The position numbers and the translations under genes are program-made. The notes below the pieces were generated by a model. The model had not been told where the DNA came from. It ran no database searches and saw nothing but the letters and a program-made list of their open reading frames with translations. DNA of 63,479 nt, the filler included, from Collodictyon triciliatum (Eukaryota): assembly GCA_043381765.1 (NCBI GenBank). It is 5 parts of 5 records of this genome, joined end to end, with 100 filler letters (N's around TTAATTAATTAA, not from the genome) between each part and the next. Parts side by side here need not be neighbours in the genome. Positions count along the whole stretch, not along the records: positions 25,214 to 40,255 come from JBHJMP010001733.1; positions 40,356 to 55,396 come from JBHJMP010001734.1; 3 more parts are not named here. One strand, given 5' to 3'. Positions 25,764-46,400 of this stretch are shown here, piece by piece; the stretch's first letter is position 1; each line of letters begins with the position of its first letter.

Positions 25764-26886
25764 ATGCAAAGCCCTTCTATTCCAAGCGACCACCCTTTTA
25801 GTCTACTCTCCACTGATCCTATAAGTGAGGATGCTTTGCTCATGTAAGTAGACTATAGATGCACTTGTGCCGAAAGTTCCCTTTCCCCATCACGTCCACA
25901 ATTTTCCTTCTCCCTTTTCACATATGGCTTACTTACAGTCGAGTGGAGAATGTCCTTCTGTCTAAATCCCATGCGAATGAAGAACTCTTCAAACCATACG
26001 AAAGACAAGACAGCGAAGGTGTCGATCTCCTTAGGGTTGCGCTTTTCCCGAGGCCATATAGCATCGAGGAAAATACAGGAAAATCCCTGCAATTATCGTT
26101 CCGTATTTGGATAAGCGGGGTGTCTGCGCATTTATGTGTCCTGGACATAGATAACAATCCTGTGGAGAAGGCCATTCTTGTTGAACATTCTAAAGTAACT
26201 TTTCCTCTCGATGTCTCGCAGTACAAAGTATTATTATCTCTTTTAGCTGTAACCCTGGCATAAGCCCGAGAAGAATCACTTAATGTCCTATACTCTAATA
26301 GAAGGATTATATTCGACAAACGTTCCTGGAGTTGCAACCGGAGCCGAACTCTGCATTCGTGTCGTCCAAGTTCGGGATCGCCGCAACAACGCACGAGTAC
26401 TACGGCCTATGCATCCGTGACATTACCGAAGGGAACCACTTTCGCCTGGGCCTTGTAGTCTCGCTACCAAGCAACTCCTCCTGGTGCGGCGGGCAACGAA
26501 CTTTCGCCCTGGCCCCCTTTTGGTGCACAAAGAACTTGACCCTCTCGCGCCTTTCCTCTTTCAACGCCTTCGCCGAACTCACCTCCCGCGAAGCCCGTAG
26601 TCAAGTCGACAATGAGTGCCCCTTCACCACTCCGACAAGACGTAGGCTTCGTCGCCGCACAAATGATAACAACAACGCATCCCGCAGGGGACGTCGCACC
26701 ATATGTGTCGATTACACCGGTGAGTAGTTCGCATCTGTCATCAGGCCACTCACCTCTGCATGACTCTACAAGGACACCGAGCTGTTTCATTCTTGACCGA
26801 TTCCATGATGCATCTGACCTGTAGGTTACTGCAACAAGTTCGAAAACATCCTCGTGACCACCTTCAACATGCAGCCTGCTGCCTAG
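25764..26886 (+). CDS. Hypothetical protein, possibly a p53/RHD-like Ig-fold DNA-binding protein (Velvet/CBP60/CudA-like)
   Basis: 4 phase-compatible GT-AG exons MQSPSIP...|IRVENVLL...|KDYIRQTF...|YCNKFEN...AA*; motif LCIRDITEGNHFRLGLVV...ALAPFWCTK followed by a basic RRRLRRR. Confidence 0.55.
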
Positions 26887-27259
26887 AGGGATTATACTGA
26901 GAAGTGGCCACGCCTCTAGATGCAAGTCTCTGTCGTAGCGCCGTTGCTTCTGCGTCCACTCAACCGCAGGGCAGCGGCTCTATACCATAGGCTTCGTCTC
27001 AGTGCCCGTGCCACTTCTCAGGATGGTCTGTCTAGTCTCTTGGACTCTATCCACTTTCAATCGCCCACTCCCATATACTCGTCAACCAACACTCACACAA
27101 TTCGGTGATGTGAATTAAACAAAATGGAGCCGATTGCAAAAAACCAAAAAGTTGCGAAATAGAGACCTTTCTGTATCCATCCAAAAAAACAAACATCAAT
27201 AATAATTTATTACGCTTGCCTCGTTGCGTATGTATGGGTGTGTGTTTATTATGCATCCT

Positions 27260-34963
<7,704 letters not shown>

Positions 34964-35300
34964 GATCTCTGTCTTGTCTTTCTCTTGACTCGAAACGTAG
35001 GTTTGAGACGGCAAAAAGAGAACAAATCCTAAAGTCCTTTTCGCACGCGACTATGGTTTGGCTTGGCCTTTCGGTTTCTCGTGATCGAAGGCGGTTTTTT
35101 TTTTTTTTTAAGCTGGAGGAAGGCAGGATTAAGACTCGGATCTCCCACAGATCCTGCATTTTAATCGAAACATCAATACGTAGAGAAGAAGAAACTCTTC
35201 AGCATATGCTGGACTCGGCGGATTGTTTGTTCCTTCCAAGGTTCTTCTGCTGTGTATTGGATGTGTTTGAATCTTTCGGCCAGAACTAATTTCCTTGAAA

Positions 35301-35903
35301 ATGAATATTCCAGATGAGGATGTCGTTAACTATACACAAGCATGGAATCGAACACAGACGCCGGTTGTTGTTGGCGCAATTTATTTCTGCTGCGCTAAAA
35401 AAACCAGCCCCGCTTCTCCTTTTCTGGCCGTAACACGAACACAAAGTGCTTGTTGCGTTTGTGTCGGGCTTCCTGTCTGGGTAGGTTTTCACATAATCGG
35501 CCTATTATATATAAGACTTATTACATTCATAGTAATATTTTATCTACTACAGATAATTTTGATCAATCCCATATTGTGTTTTGCGTAAATAATCATTACT
35601 TCCACATAAAAAAGCCAACAGACATCCCAGTTCGGGCTCAGGTTTTCTGTGTATTCGTCCCAAAAGTGCATAATCGCATCAGAGGAAGCGTTTGGATGTC
35701 ACTTGCCACTGTTTTTGTTGCTGTCCAGAAATGCCTGTTCCGAGCTTTCTCAGCATCGGGAGTCAATCAAAGCAATCAATACTGCTCCTGGGTGTCTGGC
35801 ACCAACTCTTCCCAACAAACTTCAACTCTCGGGTGCTCTTTCTTTCACCGCCCAGTTAAGCATAGAAACCAACCATCTTAATATCTTTTTTTATTCGATC
35901 TGA
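35301..35903 (+). CDS. Possible two-exon hypothetical protein divergent from TTC21B
   Basis: ATG-initiated exon ending at a GTAGGT donor and a downstream GC-richer open segment; no recognisable motif. Confidence 0.25.
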
Positions 35904-36936
35904 GGCGATCTTGGTTCTTGAAACCAAAAAAAATAAAAAATAAAATAAAAAATAGCGATCAGATAATTCAAAGGATAGAAAGCAACTAAAAAAAAAAAAA
36001 ACTCATCACCAGCTTCAGGAGAGAGACCTCAAGGATAACCGGAAAAAAAAAGAGAAGAGAATATAAAGAAGAAAGCTTGGCAATATAGCTCTTAAACAAG
36101 ATTCTAGAGTGACTAGTAGAACTCATCAAAACGAAATGTCTATTTATCGTTAGCCTAAACGATATCTTATGCATAGATCCCCTTCAGGAATGAATGAAAC
36201 ATGAATACAGTATTAAACCCATACGCAGCTTCAATATTTTAATTTCTTGTCATCTCATTATACCAGAGTTCGATGCTTGTCATTCGAAGCCATTCGATTC
36301 GATGAGCACCCCCTGTGCCCTGAGTTTTTTCCCCTACCAACCCCTAATATATATCTATATCAAATGATGCACAGATGAATTAGATTATTTAATAGCGCAC
36401 ATTTTTAATGTGGTTCGTGCCCTCCTTTTTTTTTTTTTTTATCTACGGTCGAAATTTTATCACAAATGTACATAAAAAAACTTGGTTGCTCACCTTTCCA
36501 CCTCGAAAAAGTTTGACAGAATGTTTCCATCCAAATATGAATTTTTGTTGTAATTTAAATTATCCTTATTTATACTTCTTTTTTTTTTTTTTTGAAGCTT
36601 GCAATTTTTTGTTAAGGCACATTTAGAAGGACTTAACGAAAGATTATTATTCTATCTGATAAATAAGGAACAAAACATCTCCTACATATCTAATGAATTG
36701 GTCATACTTGATAAAAGAACCTTTATATCAAACTTGTATAAATTATCTGTAAACAGGATACTCAAGATCGATTTGTCCATAAAGCTGAATTTTGACGTTA
36801 TAATTTGGTAGATAAATCTAAATTAGGTAAAGTCTATGATAGTATTTTTCTTTGAATACATCTCGTATTTAAAATGACCAATCATGTTTTCAAATAAATT
36901 CTTATTTCTCACACTAAATGTATATTTACCAAATCG

Positions 36937-39900
36937 ATGTCTAAATTTTATAGAATGGAATTATCTCCAAAGGGTGCCCGAGTTGCTGTGCTTATAGGTA
37001 GTTTATAATTTTTTTTGGAATCCTAATAATAATTTAGCATAAACACTTGGTCTCTAGGACTTTTCATATCTGGACAATTCTGCCTCGGTCAAGAAATAAA
37101 CAATCAGGACCTTTCAATTCGTACTCTTTCTGCCCATACTAGCACTGTTTGGAGTGTTACTATTGCTCCCGACGGCTCGAAAATTGTTTCTGGAAGTGCT
37201 GATAGAACAATTAAAATTTGGAATTTTTCTGATGGAACTTTAATTCGCACGCTAACTAGCCATACTAGTGATGTTCGAAGCGTTGCTATTACCCCGGATG
37301 GATTCAAAATTGTCTCTGGAAGCTTCGATAAAACAATCAAGGTTTGGAATCTTTCTGATGGAACTTTAATTCGCACTTTGACAGGATTTTCCTACATCGT
37401 TGAGACTGTTGCTGTAACTCCCGACAGCTCCAAGATAATATCTGGATGTAGGGATATCAAAATTTGGAACATACTTGATGGAATCTTGATTCGCACATTG
37501 ATTGGTAATACAGGTGGTGTTAGTAGTGTTGCTGTCACACCTGATGGTGCCATGATTGTATCTGGTAGTGAAGATAAGACCATCAAAATATGGAATCTTT
37601 CTAATGGTGACGTAATTAGCACACTTTCCGGTCATAGTCTTAAAGTTAATTGTGTTGCTGTCACACCTGATGGTGTCATGATTGTATCTGGTAGTGAAGA
37701 TAAGACCATCAAAATATGGAATCTTTCTGATGGAATTTTGATTCGCACATTAATGGGTCACACCGATTGGATTCGTGGGGTGGCTGTTACTGCTGATAGT
37801 TCTATGGTTGTATCTGGAGGTGGGGATACGACAATTAAGTTATGGAATCTTTCTGATGGGACTTTGATGCGCACACTTACTGGTCACACTAATAATGTTT
37901 GGACTGTTTCCGTCACTCCTGACGCCTCAAATGTTATATCTGGAAGTCAAGACAAAACGATCAAAATATGGAGAAATTGTAATCCTGGCTCCTTCTATGA
38001 TATAGAGCAAGAATCATGTCAATTGTGCGCAGTTGGAACCTTCAATAATGGGCTAAGTCCAACTTGTACTATGTGTCCAACTGGAACATATAACCCATTA
38101 ATGGGCTCCGCCAACCAAGATTCGTGTATTCCATGCGCAGCTGGCTCTTATAATTCATTAATTGGGCAGTCAAAGTGTACTACATGTGTAGCTGGAACAT
38201 ACAATCCATCAACAGGCTCCATCGACCAAAATTCGTGTATTACATGCGCAGCTGGTACATACAACCCATCGACAGGCTCCACCAACCAAGATTCTTGTCA
38301 TTCATGCACATCTGGAACATACAATCCATTAATCGGGCAGTCAAAGTGTATTACATGCGCAGCCGGAACATACAATCCATCGACAGGCTCCACCAACCAA
38401 GATTCATGTCTTCCATGCCCATCTGGAACATACAATCCATCGACAGGCTCCACCAACCAAGATTCATGCCTTCCATGCGTAACTGGAACATACAATCCAC
38501 ACACTGGCGTTGGAACCAATTGCACTTTGTGCCCATCTGGAACATATAACCCAGAAACAGGCCAAAGTGAGTGTATTTCCTGTGGAAGTGAATGGAACGG
38601 GGACAAGGTTGGCTCAAAGACGATAAAAGATTGTCTGTGTTTTCGTTCAACCTATTTAGAGCCCAAATCTAGTCTGTGTAAAGATTGTCCATATGGCTTT
38701 GTGTGTGATGGAACCAGTAATGTCGAAGTAGCTCCTGGTTATTGGAAAGCTCCCAGCTCTAACGATGTGTATATTGCATATAAATGCCTTAATCGAGATG
38801 CATGCATTGGAGGAAACCACACATGTGCTGATGGTTACACAGGGGTATTATGTGGTGTCTGTGAAGAAGGCTATGGCAAAACAGGCGGATTTTTCTGCAC
38901 TAAATGTACATCAGCAGGGTTTAATGAGTTTTTGTTCTTTTTGAGTATCTTAATGCCTATGGCATTCATTATATATATGATAGAACAATCCAGACAGCCA
39001 AAAACAGAGAGTATTCAAATATTAAAGACCATGGCAACACATTTTCAAATTTTATCATATTTGGCCAACTTTGATGTTAATTGGAGCTCAACTATTATAT
39101 CAATAATGAAAATCCCAGCTATTTTTTCGTTTACGCCTTCTATAGATACTTATACATCTGAATGTCAGTTCGAAATGTCCATATATGATAAAGTACTTTA
39201 CTCGATGGTCACTCCGATTATCTCAGCTTTCGTTGTAGGTATTATAATTTTCATTAAAATTTTATGGAGGTTACGTAAAAATCTGATAAGAAGGACAGAC
39301 ATTAATATCTATAAATTGAGTAAAAAATTCGCGTACTCTATACTAGTTTTGTTATTTTTCATCCACCCAACAGTTACATCAACAGTCTCAAAAATATTTA
39401 CCTGTGAGGTATTGGGTGATGAAAGCTATTTAAAGGCTGATATGTCGATTATGTGTGATGGTTCATCTTATATTTTATGGAAAAACACATCTTTGGCCTA
39501 TGTTATTTTGTACTGTTTTGGTGCTCCCCTAATTCTTGCAGCATACATGTTTTATAAAAGGGCATATTTGTTAAATTCTAAATCAGAAACGTACAATCTA
39601 TTGAGGTTTCTGGTTGATGGCTATACTAAGGAATGCTATTATTGGGAAATTGTGACCATGATGCAAAAGCTTCTTGTTGTCATTACCAGTGCGTTCTTTT
39701 CCCCAACTCTGCAAATTTATTTGGGTTTATGGATATTGATATTAAGCATTGCATCTTCAATATATTTTGAACCTTTTGTATCTAAGGAACTCAAGAATTC
39801 TCAGCTTTGGTCTATCTCAGTTCTATATTTTACACTCATGACCAGTTTGCTGTTTCGATACACAGCTCTAACATACTTTCAAGAGACTGCCCTCATAATC

Positions 39901-40071
39901 ATGGTTGTATTTTTCAACGGACTGATAGGTATTCTTTCATTTATGAAAGCAGGACCAGCATTTATTGCGTCCTTGTTTGAAAATATTAAAAAAATTTCAC
40001 GATTTATCGTTAAGAAAGTGAGAGATACATCGATTGTTGAAAAAGCCAGTAAAAAAATGAGAAAAATTTAG
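36937..40071 (+). CDS. Signal peptide + 7 WD40 repeats + Cys-rich (ephrin-receptor-like/GCC2-GCC3) repeats + about 9-10 TM TRP_C-like domain
   Basis: Exon 1 36937-36997, intron 36998-37057, then one open exon to TAG; N-terminus RVAVLIGLFISGQFCLG-QE; seven GH..V..V..TPD..IVSGS.DKTIKIW repeats; CxxGTYNPxxGxxxC repeats; GY...YYWEIV...K motif in the TM region. Confidence 0.88.
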
Positions 40072-40157
40072 AGAAGGAATATAAATGAACGAATTTCCAT
40101 GATATTCCTCCTCCAAGTTGCTAGAAATCTCCCGTTCATATTATCTTTTCTTTCAAT

Positions 40158-40255
40158 CTCTCTCTCACTCTCTCACTCTCTCACTCTCTCACTCTCTCAC
40201 TCTCTCACTCTCTCACTCTCTCACTCTCTCACTCTCTCACTCTCTCACTCTCTCA
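40158..40255. repeat. CTCTCA-type microsatellite at contig end
   Basis: Direct tandem repeat. Confidence 0.9.
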
Positions 40256-40355
40256 NNNNNNNNNNNNNNNNNNNNNNNNNNNNNNNNNNNNNNNNNNNNT
40301 TAATTAATTAANNNNNNNNNNNNNNNNNNNNNNNNNNNNNNNNNNNNNNNNNNNN
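40256..40355. other. Artificial contig linker
   Basis: N44-TTAATTAATTAA-N44. Confidence 0.97.
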
Positions 40356-40495
40356 AGAAGAAAGAAAAGAAGAAAGAAAAGAAGAAAGAAAAGAAGAAAG
40401 AAAAGAAGAAAGAAAAGAAGAAAGAAAAGAAGAAAGAAAAGAAGAAAGAAAAGAAAAGAACCAACAAATACGATGAATAAAATCAACACTCATAG

Positions 40496-42673
40496 GCAGA
40501 AAATCATATATATGTTGGAGTTCCGTCTATTAGATGTATATAATTGCGAAAACATTAAGAGTTGCACCAGAAATCAAGCACATTCATGTTTTGATTGATT
40601 GAAAATCTTTAGATAAACCACAAATCTGCTGATGAACGCATTCTTTCTGATGTAAATGTCCTCGGATATGTAACACCTTGGTACGTGCATAAAATAAGAA
40701 TGTAACGATAAAAAATGAGACATTTTTTTCTTCATCACATATGGTTCTGCCATCTTGAATGAGAACGGGTATAGTCTACTCCCAAATCGTATATTATTTC
40801 ATTTTCGTCTTCGATATTATTTTTTTTAAGGCTCACGAATATATTCATCGTAAATGTAATTGTAAGATTGTTAATCATATTATTCATGATGACCTATCCC
40901 TATTCAAGCTCTTTAATAACCTTTTTTTCAATATATATCCATATTTACGATTCCTTTTACTAACATTATATTTATTTCGATGATTCTACGTTTTCCCCTT
41001 TCATTTGTTTAAGGAATAATAGAGGCTACGACGTCGCAAAACAATACAGCAAGTTCAACATGATAAGCCCTGTATGGATTCGGCTTGTATGGAATGGAAA
41101 GCAGTTCTCCTTTGAAGGGCTACATGACATCGACGCCGGCTGGTTGACTGACGTGAGGAAGGCATCCAAGATTAATGTAAAGATGATTCCCAGAGTTCAG
41201 ATTTCTCTCCAGGATATTGCAGGATGGAACGCTTTGTGGAACCAGAAACTTCACGCCTCATCGCTGATTCGGCAACTGTGCATGTATTAATCAATTTCAT
41301 CTCTAAAAGACTCTCAAGAAGAGTCAAAGTAAAGATCTATTTATTGTATGTAATCAAAAGTGAATTCAAATTGTGTGTTTCCCATCCCAGTACTTGGATG
41401 AGGGCACAATAGTTTTTTTTTCACCTCGTTAATGATACATTCATTATCATATAATTTATATAATGTGTATATAAGCACACACAAGTTCGACGGAATTTCA
41501 CTTGAAATCTGGGATGAAATTCCTTATGATATTGCTGGAGATTACAAGGACGCCATAGATTTTGTGAAGGCTCTCTACAATAGCCTCCAAAAGATAAAGA
41601 AGACGCTAGTGTTGATTGTCCCAGTACACATTTGTCTAGAATTCAGAAATAAGCATCCAAACAGATAAACCTTAAAAAAAGGGGAAGAACAAAAAAACAA
41701 TTTATATTCAAAAGATAGATTTCTAATAGAAACAATTTCCTTCATGCTCTTTTTGTAAAATTAATAAAATCAAGAATTGTGCAAATATAGCCGATAGCTC
41801 CTGATCATGTTAAGGCACCTTTCAAAAGAAATCACTACAGAGAGCTACTCGAGCATGTGGACTATTTCTCCTTTATGACATACGATCTTTCGAGTGATTC
41901 CGGGTATTTTATCCATATGTTTATTGTTTTTGGATGATTTTAAGCTCGCTGAATGTTGATTTCTCTTCAGTTCTGGTCCAGTTTCGTCTCTCCGCATTTT
42001 CAAACAGTGTATCGAAATGATAAGCGAGATGTCTTCATACTATGAGCACAAAGTCTTGATTGGCCTAAACTTTTATGGTTCTGCATTTCTATTTTATTTT
42101 CTAAAAAAATCTCATTGATAACCATTCATTTCTACTTTCCTTCATCCTGCGCAGTGATGACTAACTGAAAAAAAAAGCATCGATATAATATTGCTGCATC
42201 GAAAACCAAAAAAAAAATAATGCAAAAATATTTATACCTGACGCGATTATTTTTTCAAAATAATACCATATAGGTAGATACTACACTACTCCAAAAGGAG
42301 GTGATGCGATAGTTGGTCGTGATTATATTTCTCTTCTGCAGAAGCACAACCCGAAGATTCAGTGGTCAGAGGAGGATGCTGAGCACTACTTCAACTACGA
42401 AGTGGACCGCAGGAAACACGTGGCATATTACCCAACGATTCATGTAATTGTTGATAAAAGATGCATCATTACTCCGAGTTTTATCAACTCCCACATGGAA
42501 CATAATTAATAGCGATACTTACAACACACAATCGCATAACTACATTTTCATGGATTTGTTGTCTTGCCAAACAGAGTCTCAAAGAACGCATCAACGTCAT
42601 CACGGAAGCAAGGTTTGGCATTGCAATTTGGGAGTTAGGACAAGGATTGGATTACTTTTATGACTTATTCTAA
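40496..42673 (+). CDS. CHID1: Chitinase domain-containing protein 1 (non-catalytic GH18), 5'-partial
   Basis: [75 protein letters not shown]. Confidence 0.95.
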
Positions 42674-43498
42674 CTGAATGAGGATTTAATAAATTGCTCC
42701 ATCCCTTCAGTTTGTCTTGTATTTTACCTCAAAACTTGTCGAGAATGAATGCATTATCAAATATTCTCTTTGTGTTCTCAGCGGGAATCACGTCAAGTTT
42801 TTTTCATCGGAATATGACTCTCTCTTTCATTTTTTCCCTTTAGCTTTTTATGTGTAGCATTTCAAACAAAGGAGGTGGTAATAATCGTGGGGTTAACAAT
42901 AGTTAAAGCCACATAAAATGTAAAATTGTGAGATGGTCCAAGTTCTGAGATATCATAGAATGACGATATGAGCATTTTGATAATTTTTTTTCCCTTACAT
43001 AAAACTGTTTAACATTTTTTGATTTCATTTCGACAGTTAATCGAGAGAAAAGAATATTATTTAGCAGAATGTTTCGGTCTTAGCTTGCTTGCTTCAATAC
43101 GTATAAGAAACTTGACATATAGTGTCCTGTTACAAAAATGACTCACCAGCTGATAATGCTTATTTTATCTTATCTGTAAATAGGAATCTATCAAACATAT
43201 ACCGAAAAATTAATTCCGTCTCAGCAATAAATTCTTTTATGGCTTTTTCTTCGGCCTGGTTATGAGATTGACGAATAAAACATTATGAATCCAAACCACA
43301 CAAAAAAAATATGAAAAAAGAGATTCTAAGTGACATAATTTAAATTTTTTTCTTTGTTCTTTTATTTGTTTCGGGTCGCTTTCTTTTGCACTCTGCTGGG
43401 GTGTTCTTTAGTTTTTGCTCCTTTTTTTTTCTTTCATTCCGTTTCCAAGGCTGAGATAGCACGCTCACTCGTTCATTCATTCCTTGGGTCGAGATTCG

Positions 43499-46400
43499 TC
43501 ATATCGCCTGAACAAAGTCGATATCATCAACTTTCCGCTCCTTGACCAAATCCCTGAAGTCCGGGCGAGCATCCGGGTTAGTGTCCCAGCAAAGCTGCAT
43601 CATCGCAACAGCCCGCTTATCCATCCCACCACGGATTTCTGGCCTCAAGCCTTTGATGATATCGAACTGTAGTCTCAGTTGGTCTCTTCCTTGGTGCGGG
43701 ACTTCCCTTGTCTCGATTTCCCACAGAATGATTCCGAAGCTGTATACATCAATCTTTTCGTTGTAGCGAAGGCCTTGCATAATCTGAATAGTTTTTTGAA
43801 TATAAAAGGAGTAAATAAAAAAAGTAACAGAAACGCTTCGTACAACCTCATATTCCAATCATTAACGGAGCAAATTGATAGAGTTGATGACCTCGGGAGC
43901 CTGGTAAACGACCGTTCCGCATTTTGTCATCGTCCTGTTGTTTGCTTTCATTCGCGCAAATCCAAAGTCACACAATTTGCTGTCATAGTTTTTATTTACC
44001 TACACCATTGGAGCAAACGGATAAGTAAGAATAGAGTAAAAAAAAATGAATGAAAGAAAATCATGCCCACCAGTATGTTTGCTGTTTTTAAGTCGCGATG
44101 CAGTACAATCGGACTCATCGAGTGCAAATACACCATCCCATGAATTATGCCATCAATAATGCGAGACCTATGATGAGACAAACATTATATTGAGCGACTG
44201 CATTATGTTTTGAAAACCTGCTTTCCTTTCCATATTTGTGGACGAGCCTAATAAATACTTGTCATTTTGGTTGATAACAATGGTGTGGTCCTGTAGTAGC
44301 TGGCGAAGATTTCCAGGCTCCACAAACTCCATTACAATCGAAAGGTGAGAGAAGTCTGTGCAGGCTCCAATGAACTCAACAATATTTGGATGCTTCAGTT
44401 TTCTGTGAATTTTGACAATAATGGTATTAATGGTTGCTCATTTCGTCAGATAGTCATAATAATGTTTCCGAGCGGCGTATTGTCTTCTTACCTTAGTGTC
44501 ATCATTTCCGAAAAGAACATAATGTAGTTATCATCCACGGTTATATTTCCACTTCCAAGTGTTTTCTTCACCGCAACTTTTCTTCCCTAAAGATATGACA
44601 GGTTCAAAATTATCATTATTTAGAAACCGTATCGAGGGAGATCAAAAAAATCAATTGAATAAAGGATAATGTTTAAGTGGTGTCGGGTTCATCACCTTGT
44701 ATTCTCCCACAAACACAGAACCAAATGACCCTGAACCAATCGGCTTCGAATCCATTTGTACTTCATTCAAATCGATTTCCCATTCTTTCTTCTCTCGTAG
44801 CTTTTCTGTCAATGGCTCCAGTTTCAATCTACCTGGATGTGGGATTGCTCCCAATGGCTGCAGATTTTCAATGGCAGGGAAAGATACTTGATTTTCTTGT
44901 CTAGAGTCTGATATGGTTTTTGTTTGAGTCGGAACATTCGGAAGTTGGCTGCTCTGTGGAGAATTGATGCTAGGCTATAAAAACACATTTTCATTAGAAA
45001 AGGAAACAGAGAAGCCACGCAAGTATCTAGTGAATGCGTCTCTGGAATTATAAATTACTTCACTCGATGAAAAAATATTTAAAAAGTCTGAGTTCATTTC
45101 TTCATGGTAATGAACGCGTTTCTGGATTGCTTTCGGCACCACCTATGACGAACCATTTAGTGAGTTTCCTTTGTTATGCTTATAAAGGTTAATTACGATT
45201 ACTTGGTAAAATAAATTCCTATCATCTTGCACGCCCATCTGACTAATCTGTTGGATGAAGTTTTCATTTTCCAGTATCTTTACTTTTTCACCCATAGCCT
45301 AGCACAAAATAAATGGGGTATTATCAAGAAATCAATAAATTGTGATTAATGTAAATAAAAAAGTATAGTAGAAGGCATAAAAACCTTGTACACTGCTTCG
45401 GTCAATATTATTTGGCCTCCATGACACAATCGACTGATTTTGATTGCTTTGGAGACTGGCTATGAATCAAATCTTTGAATATATTGAACCGATAGCCCAT
45501 TGTGTGTTAATCCTGAATGTAAACCGACCTTTCCATAAAAGATTCTTTTGTTTTTTTCTTCATCAACCCGGCTTCCGCAAACTCCGTACTCGACCGCCTA
45601 AGCATACATAGAAAAGGCATTGAATTCCGATCACATTTCAATTTCTTATTTATTTTTTTTAAAAAAAAAGAGATAAGTTGAGAAACTTGGGAAATAAAAA
45701 AACCGACCATCCGCACTCTGAGACCCTTTAAATCCCCCTCAGCAACAACTTTGCAGTTTTTATGTCTTAAAAGTTCATCAGGCCATTCCATCTTATTCAA
45801 AACCGTTTGCATTTCAGAACAGAATCTATAGAAACAAAACAATCAGGTGAGAAGAATCGCAAAAGATTATATAACATTTTTAAATCAAAGCTTTTACTTG
45901 ATTGCCTCAATTGGCTCTGAAAACACAACTATGTAGCTCTCCTCGTCATTTTGACTGATGTAGCCATGGTACTTTTTGATTTCCTAGAACAGAATCACGA
46001 GAGTCATTCAGAAGGTAAATTATAAAGGGGAGATTACCTCAATGAGTCCATTCAACTTACTTGCTTGACCGTTTTGTTATACAACATCAAGGATTCAACT
46101 GCTGATTCAGGAATATCCTCCCACAATGCCTCGGCTCCGAAAATCCGTGCACAAACAATACACATGTCACCGTCTACTGGAATTTCTTCTTCGTAATCCA
46201 TTATGGCCTGTATTTTTAAAATACGAAATTTGATTACTTTTTGATCCAGATAATTTTTAGTTCAGTATAAATAATAATAAAAAAGATAAAAAAAAATATA
46301 AAAAAGATAAAAAAAAAGGTAAAAAAGGTAAAAAGACAAAAAAAATTAAGATAAAAAAGATAAATAATGAACCATAAATGAAGAGTTTGAAGAGTGTTTC

